From an uncultured Gammaproteobacteria bacterium (GTDB taxonomy: Bacteria; Patescibacteriota; Microgenomatia; Levybacterales; GWA1-39-11), in NCBI GenBank assembly GCA_964485575.1, contig CAZAJO010000007.1:1-61323 (forward strand): a stretch of DNA of 61,323 nucleotides. Direction: 5' to 3'. Of this stretch, positions 44,166 through 52,904 are shown in pieces. The notes under the pieces are model-generated. The model was not told where the DNA came from, ran no database searches, and saw nothing but the letters and a program-made list of their open reading frames with translations. The translations under genes were made by a program, and so were the position numbers. Numbering within the stretch: the first letter of the stretch is position 1; each line of letters opens with the position of its first letter.

Positions 44166-44198
44166 GGGTTCCCTTCGCTTGCGCGGAGGGAACCCTTT
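44166..44198 (+). terminator. Hairpin GGGTTCCC-N14-GGGAACCC plus TTT at the right edge of the high-GC island
   Basis: Perfect 8-bp GC-rich stem followed by TTTAAAATT. Confidence 0.5.
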
Positions 44199-44248
44199 AA
44201 AATTCATTCCCAATTCAAAAAAATTCTATGCTATAATTTCCTACGTTT

Positions 44249-44491
44249 ATGGTAGATAGAGATGAAAGATCAAAACTTGGTGCACCTGATTGGTTTCCTG
44301 ACGTTTTGTCTGAAGAAGAGCAAAGGTACAGAAATTTAGTTCATGTGGTGCGCCCGCTTGTTAATGGGATGGCAATCCACTTAGCATCAGATGAAGCTCA
44401 AGCGCAGTATAAAGAAGGAGAAATGAACTATCTACAAGAATTGATCTCAGAAGCATACAGAAGAATGGAAAAATATCCCCCTCTTTGGTAG
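44249..44491 (+). CDS. Hypothetical protein (80 aa)
   Basis: ORF with the extended -10 TGCTATAAT (44229-44237) 11 nt upstream and no SD. Confidence 0.5.
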   Translation: MVDRDERSKLGAPDWFPDVLSEEEQRYRNLVHVVRPLVNGMAIHLASDEAQAQYKEGEMNYLQELISEAYRRMEKYPPLW

Positions 44492-44530
44492 AAAAAAGCA
44501 TCTCCCCATTTCTAACCTCCATTTTGCGGG

Positions 44531-44560
44531 TTGACTTCAGTTTTTTTAGGTGGCTACAAT
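44531..44560 (+). promoter_or_regulatory. Promoter TTGACT-N18-TACAAT with an ~85-nt leader before ATG 44645
   Basis: TTGACT at 44531-44536 and TACAAT at 44555-44560. Confidence 0.5.
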
Positions 44561-44644
44561 GAATGAAGGACTTCCTATGTTTTAGCTTTTGAACTGAACA
44601 GTGCAAAAGCCAAGGAATGCAACATTTGAAATCACCAATTTAGC

Positions 44645-45889
44645 ATGTTTTACTTTTCAGAACTCATCAATAAAAAAGTAGTCAATGAGAATGGTAAGAC
44701 TGTAGGAAAGTTGAAAGACTTTCTTTTTCTTGCTGAAGAATCCCCAAAGATAACAAAAATTTTCATAAAAAAAAGCCCACGACGAAGCTTTGCCATATTT
44801 ATTAAAGAGGTAAAAGAGATAAATGATCATATAGTTGTCAATAAAGATTTTGTTGAAAAGGACATAGCAGAGCGCGAGTTTTCCATAGCCAAAAATCTTC
44901 TTAACCGCCAGATCATTGATGTTAAAGGAGGAAAGGTTGTTAGGGTAAATGATATAGCGATACAGGACAAGCAGAGTGTATCGTCCGGAACCAATAAAGA
45001 GGAGGGTCAAGAATATTATATAGCTGGTGTTGATGTTGGATTTAGAGCCATTTTGCGGTGGTTCAAATTAGAAAAGCCTACGGTTCCTCTTTACAAATTA
45101 TTCAAATTATATTCCCATCCACATTTTCTGTCATGGGGGGACATAGAGCCATTGGAACTTGCACGGGGTAATGTCCAGCTGAAAAAAGATATTGGGGATC
45201 TTGAACGGATGCGCCCAGAGGATCTGGCTGATTACTTAGAAAAGACTAACATTAGAAACGTCAATAAGATCATCACCGGTCTTGATGACGAATACGCAGC
45301 TGACGTTATCGAGGATTTGAATATCAACTATCAGACAGCACTTTTCAAGCGCTTCGAGCCGGAACAGGCAACAAGACTTATAGACTTTTTAGAACCTGAT
45401 GAGGCAGTTGATATTCTATTGACGTTGCCTAGGGAAAAGAGAAACGAAATATTAGATAGCTTGCCTAAAGGCAAAAACGATGAATTGCGCGAGTTGATGA
45501 AGTATTCAAAGACTTCTGTCGGAAAACTTCTCAATCCTGATTTTATCACGGTCAGTTCTGAAGCAACCGGATCCCAAGCTCTTTCAATAGTGAAAGAGAA
45601 ACTTCCTGAATCCCCATTCTCTTCCTATATATATGCACTCAACCAAGAAGGGCATCTGGTAGGAGTAGTTGAATTATCAGACCTTTTAATGCATGAGGGA
45701 GACGAGCAGGTGTTTAAATTCATGGAGCAAGATGTTGTTGTAGCTCATCTCACGACTCCTCAAGAAATAGCTCTCAAGCGCATGCTCAAATATAAATTGT
45801 ATGCGCTTCCCATTATCGAAGATAGCCAAAAGATGATTGGGGTAGTGACGTTTGATGACATGATAGAAGATGTAGTGGACAAACTATAA
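44645..45889 (+). CDS. Soluble PRC-barrel + MgtE N-domain + tandem CBS protein (no MgtE membrane domain)
   Basis: 414 aa. PRC-like segments are LINKKVVNENGKTVGKLKDFLF and LLNRQIIDVKGGKVVRVNDIAI. The MgtE_N region is RPEDLADYLE...EPDEAVDILL..., followed by two CBS motifs. The ORF ends without TM helices. Confidence 0.8.
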   Translation: MFYFSELINKKVVNENGKTVGKLKDFLFLAEESPKITKIFIKKSPRRSFAIFIKEVKEINDHIVVNKDFVEKDIAEREFSIAKNLLNRQIIDVKGGKVVRVNDIAIQDKQSVSSGTNKEEGQEYYIAGVDVGFRAILRWFKLEKPTVPLYKLFKLYSHPHFLSWGDIEPLELARGNVQLKKDIGDLERMRPEDLADYLEKTNIRNVNKIITGLDDEYAADVIEDLNINYQTALFKRFEPEQATRLIDFLEPDEAVDILLTLPREKRNEILDSLPKGKNDELRELMKYSKTSVGKLLNPDFITVSSEATGSQALSIVKEKLPESPFSSYIYALNQEGHLVGVVELSDLLMHEGDEQVFKFMEQDVVVAHLTTPQEIALKRMLKYKLYALPIIEDSQKMIGVVTFDDMIEDVVDKL

Positions 45890-45896
45890 AAATATT

Positions 45897-47141
45897 ATGA
45901 TGAAGATTTGGAGACAAGTAAGAATTAAGTTTTTGATTTTGATTGCCGTCATGGGTCCAGGACTCATTACGGCTTTTGCTGACAATGATGCGGGTGGAGT
46001 GGCAACTTATTCTGTAGCAGCATCGAGATTTGGTTATTCAATGCTCACGACACTAATCCCGATAACAGTAGTTCTGATGGTAACGCAAGAAATTGGAAGT
46101 AGACTTGCTGTTGTGACTGGGAAAGGATTGGGCGATTTGATTCGTGAAAAATTTGGGATAAGAGTGTCAGTTCTGATCTTTAGCATCCTTTTCTTTGTAA
46201 ATTTTGGTGTAATTATCCAGAATCTTGGTGGTCTTAAAGATGGTCTTGCGCTTTTTAATCTTAACTTATGGATATTTATGCCGATAGTGATTGCATTTCT
46301 TTTCTTGCTTATCACCAAAGCCTCATATGCAAAGGTTGAGAAGTTCTTTCTATTTTTGATATTTTTCTACGTTGCTTACTTAATAAGCGCAGTTCTTGCC
46401 AAACCTGATTGGGGACTAGTTGGAAAGTCACTTGTGGTTCCGCAAGGAAAAATTTCATTTGGGTACCTATATACTGCTGTTGCTGTGCTTGGAACAACGG
46501 TTACTGCATGGGGACAGTTCTTTATTAATAGTTATGTTAAGGATAAAAAATTGACGGTTGATAGGCTCAAATACAACCAGATAGAAATTTATGCTGGAGC
46601 ATTTCTGACTGACATAATAACGCTATTCATGATGGTGGCTGTCGCGGCCACAATTTTTGTAAATAAAGTTCAGATATCTGGAGCTGCTGATGCTGCACTG
46701 GCAATAAAGCCCTTTGCAGGAGATCTGGCTGGTGTTATGTTTGGAGGAGGCCTTCTTATCGCTGGATTTATCGGGGCAGCCATCGTGCCACTTGCTACAG
46801 CTTATGCCTTCTCAGAATTTTTTGGATACGAAGGAAGTCTTGATGTCAGTTTTTCAAAAAGTAGATTATTTTATGGGTTTTTCATATTTCAGATACTCTT
46901 AGGACTTTTGGTCATCAGTTTTCCGAATTTCTCATTATTTAAGATTACGCTTTATGCCGACTACATTAATGGAATATTCTTACCTGTTATCTTCTTCTTC
47001 CTATATAAATTCGCTAATGACAAAGAACTTATGGGTAAGCATAAAAACACAAAGCTCCAAAATATCTTGCTTGTTGGATCTGGACTTGCCATTACAATAG
47101 CTGCTTTAGTAGGAGGGATCGGAAGCATGCTTGGAAAGTAA
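45897..47141 (+). CDS. NRAMP/SLC11-family transporter, non-canonical metal site
   Basis: 414 aa with ~11 TM helices. TM1 reads GPGLITAFADNDAGGVATYS where canonical proteins have DPGN. TM6 reads AVLGTTVTAWGQFF where canonical proteins have G-A-x-V-M-P-H. Confidence 0.85.
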   Translation: MMKIWRQVRIKFLILIAVMGPGLITAFADNDAGGVATYSVAASRFGYSMLTTLIPITVVLMVTQEIGSRLAVVTGKGLGDLIREKFGIRVSVLIFSILFFVNFGVIIQNLGGLKDGLALFNLNLWIFMPIVIAFLFLLITKASYAKVEKFFLFLIFFYVAYLISAVLAKPDWGLVGKSLVVPQGKISFGYLYTAVAVLGTTVTAWGQFFINSYVKDKKLTVDRLKYNQIEIYAGAFLTDIITLFMMVAVAATIFVNKVQISGAADAALAIKPFAGDLAGVMFGGGLLIAGFIGAAIVPLATAYAFSEFFGYEGSLDVSFSKSRLFYGFFIFQILLGLLVISFPNFSLFKITLYADYINGIFLPVIFFFLYKFANDKELMGKHKNTKLQNILLVGSGLAITIAALVGGIGSMLGK

Positions 47142-47183
47142 TTCCTCTTGCTTCTTTATTCTAAATTCTATATTCTAAACTTC

Positions 47184-48248
47184 ATGGCAAGACTTTCATA
47201 CGATCAACTCATAGCAAAGCACCTAGACATTCTCAAGTCACTCCAATATGATTCTGGTCTTTTTGCAGCAGCGGGCAAAAATGTTGAGACCGGATATGAC
47301 AAATCATGGCTTCGGGACAATTTTTACGAGACGATAGCTTTTGAAGTAGTTGGCGATTGGGATACCGTTGAAAAGACTTACGAAGCAATTTTACAGATTT
47401 TGATCAAGCACGAAGAAAAAATAGATTGGGCAATCGAAAATAAACCTACCGAATCTTTCCAATATATCCATGCACGGTTCCATCCAGAGACGTTTGATGA
47501 ATTCTGGGAGTCATGGGGCAACAAACAGAATGATGCCATTGGATGCATCCTTTTTCGTATAGGGGAACTTGAGGCGCATCAGAGGCGGACCATTCTCAAA
47601 GACGAGGCCCATATCCGCATCGTTAACAAATTGGTTAAATATCTGGAAGCCGTTGAATATTGGCAAAACGGGGACAGTGGTATGTGGGAGGAAGGCGAAG
47701 AGCTCCATGCTTCCTCAGTTGGAGCATGCGTTGCCGGACTTAAATCGATCAATAGATTGCAAAGTATCGAAGTACCAGATGATTTGATCCAAAAGGGCCA
47801 AGAGTCGCTTGACGCATTATTACCTCGTGAATCTGAAGGAAAATTTGTTGATCTAGCCCTGTTGTCTCTTATTTGGCCATATAATGTAGTAACAGATGAA
47901 CAGCGAGATCAAATTCTGGAGAATGTAGAGTACCATCTTTTACGTGGAAGGGGAGTCATCAGGTATAAGGGAGACGCGTATTACAATAAGAATGAAGATG
48001 AGAGAAGCGAAGAGGCGGAGTGGACATTTGGTCTTTCCTGGCTTGCCATAATCTATCAACATATAGGACAAAAAGAAAAGGCCATGGAATGTATAAAAGA
48101 CCTTATCGCAAATGATACTCCAGATGGTCTTCCTGAGTTATACTTTTCAAATTCTCCTGAATATAATGCAAACACACCTTTAGGCTGGTCTGAATCTTTA
48201 TTTATTGTTGCTCTCTACGAGATGCAAGAACGCTTGGAGAAGGAATGA
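47184..48248 (+). CDS. Glycoside hydrolase family 15-like (glucoamylase-related) protein
   Basis: Start at the internal ATG 47184. Contains GLFAAA......GYDKSWLRDN.Y, and the (alpha/alpha)6-type pattern continues to the C-terminus. Confidence 0.75.
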   Translation: MARLSYDQLIAKHLDILKSLQYDSGLFAAAGKNVETGYDKSWLRDNFYETIAFEVVGDWDTVEKTYEAILQILIKHEEKIDWAIENKPTESFQYIHARFHPETFDEFWESWGNKQNDAIGCILFRIGELEAHQRRTILKDEAHIRIVNKLVKYLEAVEYWQNGDSGMWEEGEELHASSVGACVAGLKSINRLQSIEVPDDLIQKGQESLDALLPRESEGKFVDLALLSLIWPYNVVTDEQRDQILENVEYHLLRGRGVIRYKGDAYYNKNEDERSEEAEWTFGLSWLAIIYQHIGQKEKAMECIKDLIANDTPDGLPELYFSNSPEYNANTPLGWSESLFIVALYEMQERLEKE

Positions 48249-48320
48249 TTGGGGTTGTAGGGTACTTGATTTAAAACCTGAATTCCTGCATCATGGTAAT
48301 AGAACTCATTTATTGTTCAT

Positions 48321-49973
48321 ATGGATCCACAATTACTGTCCCAGTTAACTAAGGTTGTTGAAGGAGATGTCTCCTCAGACCAGACAACCCTTCACGAATT
48401 TAGTCATGACGCATCTTTGTTTGAGGTCATTCCACAAGCAGTAGTATTCCCAAAAACAAATAAAGATGTCGAAAATCTCGTCAAATTCGTAGCCGACAAC
48501 AAGAAGAAATATCCGAAATTATCACTAACTGGGAGAAGTGCAGGGACTGATATGGGTGGAGGATCCATCAACGATTCTATAATCGTTGCATTCACAAAAT
48601 ACTTCAATCTAACTCCAACAATCAAAGAAAGGATCGCTACAACGCAACCGGGAGTATATTATCGTGACTTTGAAAAAGAAACATTGAAGGAAGGGCTTTT
48701 ATTCCCTTCATATCCTGCATCCCGTGGGTTATGTGCCATGGGCGGAATTGTCAACAATAATTCCGGTGGAGAAAAATCCTTACAATATGGAAAAACTGAG
48801 CGGTATGTAAAAAGTGTGAAGGTGGTTCTTCGAGACGGTAATACGTATGAGTTCAAAAAGATTTCTGAAGCAACACTTGAGAAAAAAATGGAACAAAAAG
48901 ACCTGGAAGGTGAGATCTATCGGGAGATGTTCCATCTTATTAAAAATAATTACGATGAGATAATGGCTGCAAAGCCACAGGTAAGTAAGAATTCTGCCGG
49001 ATACTATCTGTGGAATGTGTGGGACAAGGAGGAAAAAACCTTTGATCTGACAAAATTGTGGGTAGGCGCTCAGGGTACTTTGGGACTTCTTTTAGAAGCT
49101 GACATTGAGCTTGTGCCAATTCACACTCACCGAGAGATGATGGTTATTTTTCTTCATGAGCTGACGCATTTAGGGGAAATAATAAACGCTGCGCTTCCTC
49201 TCAAGCCCGAAAGTTTTGAATCATACGATGACAATACTCTAAAGCTTGCTCTTAAATATTTCCCAGAGTTTGCGAAACAACTGGGAGCTAAAGGATTTAT
49301 TGGAAGTGGTATTGCATTTTTCCCTGAATTTTTGATGGTAATGAGTAGTGGGCTTCCAAAATTGGTGTTGCAGATAGATTTTACCGGAAATGATCCAGCA
49401 GAGCTTGCCCAAAAGATAGCAACGCTTAAAGAAAAATTGTCACCATTTCATCCTCAGATAAAAATTGCAATAGAATCACAAGAAGAGAAGTATTGGTTGA
49501 TAAGACGGGAAAGCTTCAACCTGTTAAGGAAAAAGATAAAGAATAAGCATACAGCTCCATTTATCGATGATTTTGTCATAAAGCCTGAATATATCGCTGA
49601 AGTAATGCCTCAAATAAACAAAATTATACAACGCCACAAGAATTTCATCTATACGGTAGCCGGGCATGTGGGGGATGGAAATTTTCATATCATTCCACTC
49701 GTTGATATCACCAAAAAATCTATCAGAGATGCAATCCCACAGATCTCAAAAGAAGTGTATGAGTTGATCATAAAATATGGAGGATCCATAACTGGAGAGC
49801 ACAATGACGGTCTTGTGAGGACACCGTATTTACGGCAAATGTATGGGTCTAAGGTCTATGAGTTATTTGAGAAGACAAAAGAGATCTTTGATCCAGAAAA
49901 TATTTTTAACCCTCGGAAAAAGGTGGGAGTGACTATGGACTATTCGATGCAACATCTCCGCATGCATTGGTAA
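48321..49973 (+). CDS. FAD-linked oxidase (GlcD / D-lactate dehydrogenase-like)
   Basis: 550 aa. The FAD_binding_4 pattern is P.AVVFP....DV..LVKF......L..R.AGT...GG. Confidence 0.85.
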   Translation: MDPQLLSQLTKVVEGDVSSDQTTLHEFSHDASLFEVIPQAVVFPKTNKDVENLVKFVADNKKKYPKLSLTGRSAGTDMGGGSINDSIIVAFTKYFNLTPTIKERIATTQPGVYYRDFEKETLKEGLLFPSYPASRGLCAMGGIVNNNSGGEKSLQYGKTERYVKSVKVVLRDGNTYEFKKISEATLEKKMEQKDLEGEIYREMFHLIKNNYDEIMAAKPQVSKNSAGYYLWNVWDKEEKTFDLTKLWVGAQGTLGLLLEADIELVPIHTHREMMVIFLHELTHLGEIINAALPLKPESFESYDDNTLKLALKYFPEFAKQLGAKGFIGSGIAFFPEFLMVMSSGLPKLVLQIDFTGNDPAELAQKIATLKEKLSPFHPQIKIAIESQEEKYWLIRRESFNLLRKKIKNKHTAPFIDDFVIKPEYIAEVMPQINKIIQRHKNFIYTVAGHVGDGNFHIIPLVDITKKSIRDAIPQISKEVYELIIKYGGSITGEHNDGLVRTPYLRQMYGSKVYELFEKTKEIFDPENIFNPRKKVGVTMDYSMQHLRMHW

Positions 49974-50066
49974 ATACTAACCTCAAAAAACTTGAATTAC
50001 ATTCCATCGTAGCGGGTTCTAAATTCATTGAATTTAGACCCATAATATGAGATAATTCCTCCTCAT

Positions 50067-51083
50067 ATGATGAATCCAAAAAATGCTAAAGAAGCTCGTG
50101 GTTATTATTCAAGAGCTAAAAACGAACTTGATCATCTTAAAATTGCCCGTGAATCAAACACTGAGCTTGCAGTTGCTGAAGGAATAACCCACGCTGCAGA
50201 ATCTATAACACACTCAAAAAAAAATAGTGCTCTCCTTTTTGGTGGTATTCTTGGGGTGTTTGGAGCTCATCAATTAATAGGAAATGAAAGTTTTACATTG
50301 ATTTCTTCAATCCCGGTTAATGTAGTTGGAGGGATGGTCTTGGGTGAAACAACAAAGCTTGCAACAAGATTTCATCGCAACCGAGTAATAGCAGAAGGTA
50401 CTAAAACTCTTGATGCACCACTAAAGGCACCAAGTGACGAAATTAAGTTGGCCCAAGTGAGGGAGGCTGTCCGCGACCTTCTAAGTATCGCCCCTGAAGT
50501 ACCTGTTACATCAGGTGAAGTTGACAGATGGGTTGAAAAAGGTCGGATGAATGCAATATATAATGGAGATCCCCGGATTGATATAGCCAAAAAACTTCAC
50601 AAGAGAGTTTCTGAATTTCATCCCGATCAACCAGAAAACGTTTCTGTCCCGGCATTTATGAGGGCTCATGTTGAAATGCTAGAGAATAAAAGAACCCGTA
50701 GGTCTATTGCCGGTGAGGCGAGACGTCTTATGTTGGATCAAGCGACGGGACAAGCAGCGGTATTCGGTCTATGGGCTTCAAGCCTCTATGCTTTTGGCAG
50801 CAGATATTCTGCATTGACTGGTGGAGCAGATGATGTTGCTACACTTGGCCTTATTTACCTTTTTACTCCTGCAAAGAAAATATTTACTGGCGAAACTGCA
50901 CATGATATATATGACGCTACAAAAGAAGCGTACAGAAAAGTTGCTTTTTGGAAGAAAGAGGAAGTGCAGGAAGAACCAATGCGTCTTCTTGAAGGTCCAA
51001 AACCCCTCCTTCCGGACAATGAAATAGTAATAGGAGCAATCCAAAACAATGCAATAGAAGATGGTAATGATTTTCCCTCTTGA
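50067..51083 (+). CDS. Hypothetical membrane protein
   Basis: 338-aa ORF with 3-4 hydrophobic segments and no family recognised. Confidence 0.55.
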   Translation: MMNPKNAKEARGYYSRAKNELDHLKIARESNTELAVAEGITHAAESITHSKKNSALLFGGILGVFGAHQLIGNESFTLISSIPVNVVGGMVLGETTKLATRFHRNRVIAEGTKTLDAPLKAPSDEIKLAQVREAVRDLLSIAPEVPVTSGEVDRWVEKGRMNAIYNGDPRIDIAKKLHKRVSEFHPDQPENVSVPAFMRAHVEMLENKRTRRSIAGEARRLMLDQATGQAAVFGLWASSLYAFGSRYSALTGGADDVATLGLIYLFTPAKKIFTGETAHDIYDATKEAYRKVAFWKKEEVQEEPMRLLEGPKPLLPDNEIVIGAIQNNAIEDGNDFPS

Positions 51084-51113
51084 CAGAAATTGTAGGATTG
51101 CTATGCTTAATTT

Positions 51114-51716
51114 ATGGCTGCCACAAAAAAGTCCTCCAACACTCCTAAAATAATCATCATTGTTGTTATTCTTCTCCTTCTTGGTGTTGGTGCATATTTT
51201 GTTTTGGGTAATGGCAAGAATTCTATGATGGGTTCTGCTGTCAACAAGATAACATCAGCTAAAGACATGTTGACAGCTTCTGTCAGCATGCACTGTGAAT
51301 ATGATGAGAACAATATGCATTCAAAAGTTGATATCAAAAATGGTGCTGTAAGGGTAGATAGCACGGGTCAAACTGAAGATCAGAATGGCAGCATAATTCT
51401 GAAAGGAAAAAAGATGTATATGTGGCGCGGAACTGAGGGTTATGTCTATGACATTCCTGATGAGGTTGATGAAAATGGGAAGACAGTAGATTCACAGTCG
51501 ACTCAAAAAGAGGACCTTATGAAGTCACTTGAAGCATACAAAGATGCTTGCAAACCAGCTGTAGTTAGTGACAGTATTTTCAATCCACCATCAGATGTAA
51601 CATTTTCAGATGTTAACAGCATGATGAAACAAAACACGGGAGATATGATGAAGTATCAACAATATGCACCAGAAGAAGGACAATATGACAGTGCTCCTGA
51701 TGACAGCGGATACTAG
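51114..51716 (+). CDS. Hypothetical secreted/anchored protein
   Basis: 200 aa with one N-terminal TM helix (IIIIVVILLLLGVGAYFVL) and an acidic C-terminus. Confidence 0.55.
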   Translation: MAATKKSSNTPKIIIIVVILLLLGVGAYFVLGNGKNSMMGSAVNKITSAKDMLTASVSMHCEYDENNMHSKVDIKNGAVRVDSTGQTEDQNGSIILKGKKMYMWRGTEGYVYDIPDEVDENGKTVDSQSTQKEDLMKSLEAYKDACKPAVVSDSIFNPPSDVTFSDVNSMMKQNTGDMMKYQQYAPEEGQYDSAPDDSGY

Positions 51717-51792
51717 ATAGATTCTCCTTGCTGCGTCTAGAAAATCTCATTTGTATTATTAATAACCTCTTGCTATACTGGGACTTGCTTTA

Positions 51793-52209
51793 ATGAAAAA
51801 AAGTCTTCCAAAGAAAGAAAAACCAACCCTTTTTAGACCTAGTTGTGATACTAAGACATTGTTAGACGGACGAGGTGGAATATTTACGTGGGTACCTCAA
51901 GATGCCATAAGAGAATTCAATCTCCTATACTTCAATACAGGAATAATTCGTGGAAATCATTATCATCCGGAATTTGTTGAATACTTCTTGGTCGTTGAAG
52001 GATCCGGTGCCATGGTTTATAAGGCAGAGAAAGGAACTCCAGAAAACGTGGTACATATGAGTAGGGGTACTTGTGTAAGGACTCCTCCCGGAGTTGCGCA
52101 TGCTTTTCAAGCGATAACAAATGTTACGGCAATTGCGTTACTTACAAAGCCATGGGATGATTGCAAGACGCCTATTGTTAGGATTGACGTCATCCAGAAG
52201 TCTTCATGA
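51793..52209 (+). CDS. Cupin-fold NDP-sugar isomerase/epimerase-like protein (FdtA/WxcM/RmlC-like)
   Basis: 138 aa with RGNHYHPEF...GVAHAF. The TGCTATACT promoter lies 13 nt upstream. The stop overlaps the next start (ATGA). Confidence 0.6.
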   Translation: MKKSLPKKEKPTLFRPSCDTKTLLDGRGGIFTWVPQDAIREFNLLYFNTGIIRGNHYHPEFVEYFLVVEGSGAMVYKAEKGTPENVVHMSRGTCVRTPPGVAHAFQAITNVTAIALLTKPWDDCKTPIVRIDVIQKSS

Positions 52210-52904
52210 AGCAGGTAGCAGTCATAGGTTGCAGGGGTTATGTTGGAAGTGCTCTTTTTGAGAAATTACAAAAAGACAAAAAATACAAAGTCACAGGAGT
52301 AACACGGGACAACTATTCATACTTTTCAAAAAGATCTTATGATATTGTGATAAATTCCGCGATGCCATCAAAACGTCTTTGGGCAGAGCAAAATCCAAAG
52401 AAAGATTTCATAGAGACGGTCAAGAAAACAGCAGATCTTGTATACACTTGGAAATACAAAAAATTTATCCAGATAAGTACAATCTCCGCTCGTTCAGAAT
52501 TGGATAAAGTATATGGTAGAAATAAAGCGGCGGCCGAGGATATAAGTTTGTTTGACAATAATTTAATAGTGCGTCTGACATCAACATTTGGAGACACGCT
52601 TTCGAAAGGATCTGTAATTGATATACTCAATAAGCAGAAAGTTTGGGTTGACGGGAAAAGTAGGTATAGCTTTGCCAGTCTTGATTTTGTGACAAATTGG
52701 ATCGCAAAAAATTTGGATAGGACTGGGATTGCGGAGGTAGGTGCAAGAAATTCACTATCACTTGAAAGAATTGCAAAACACTTAAAAATTGTTGTACCAT
52801 TTCAAGGGAAATTGGATCATCAAATTGTCCAAAATCCATTGCCCGAATTTCCAGATGCGAGAGAAATCCTAAAGTATCTAAATGAAAGAATAAAAAATAT
52901 ATGA
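52206..52904 (+). CDS. Short NAD(P)-dependent sugar epimerase/reductase (SDR, RmlD-like)
   Basis: 232 aa with the N-terminal Rossmann motif VAVIGCRGYVGS and the catalytic YGRNK (YxxxK). Confidence 0.7.
   Translation: MKQVAVIGCRGYVGSALFEKLQKDKKYKVTGVTRDNYSYFSKRSYDIVINSAMPSKRLWAEQNPKKDFIETVKKTADLVYTWKYKKFIQISTISARSELDKVYGRNKAAAEDISLFDNNLIVRLTSTFGDTLSKGSVIDILNKQKVWVDGKSRYSFASLDFVTNWIAKNLDRTGIAEVGARNSLSLERIAKHLKIVVPFQGKLDHQIVQNPLPEFPDAREILKYLNERIKNI

Noticed and set aside
40880-44198. Labelling the high-GC island as a prophage, ICE or transposon.
   Set aside because: No integrase, transposase, terminal inverted repeats, target-site duplication or adjacent tRNA is visible. Only the compositional anomaly is reported.
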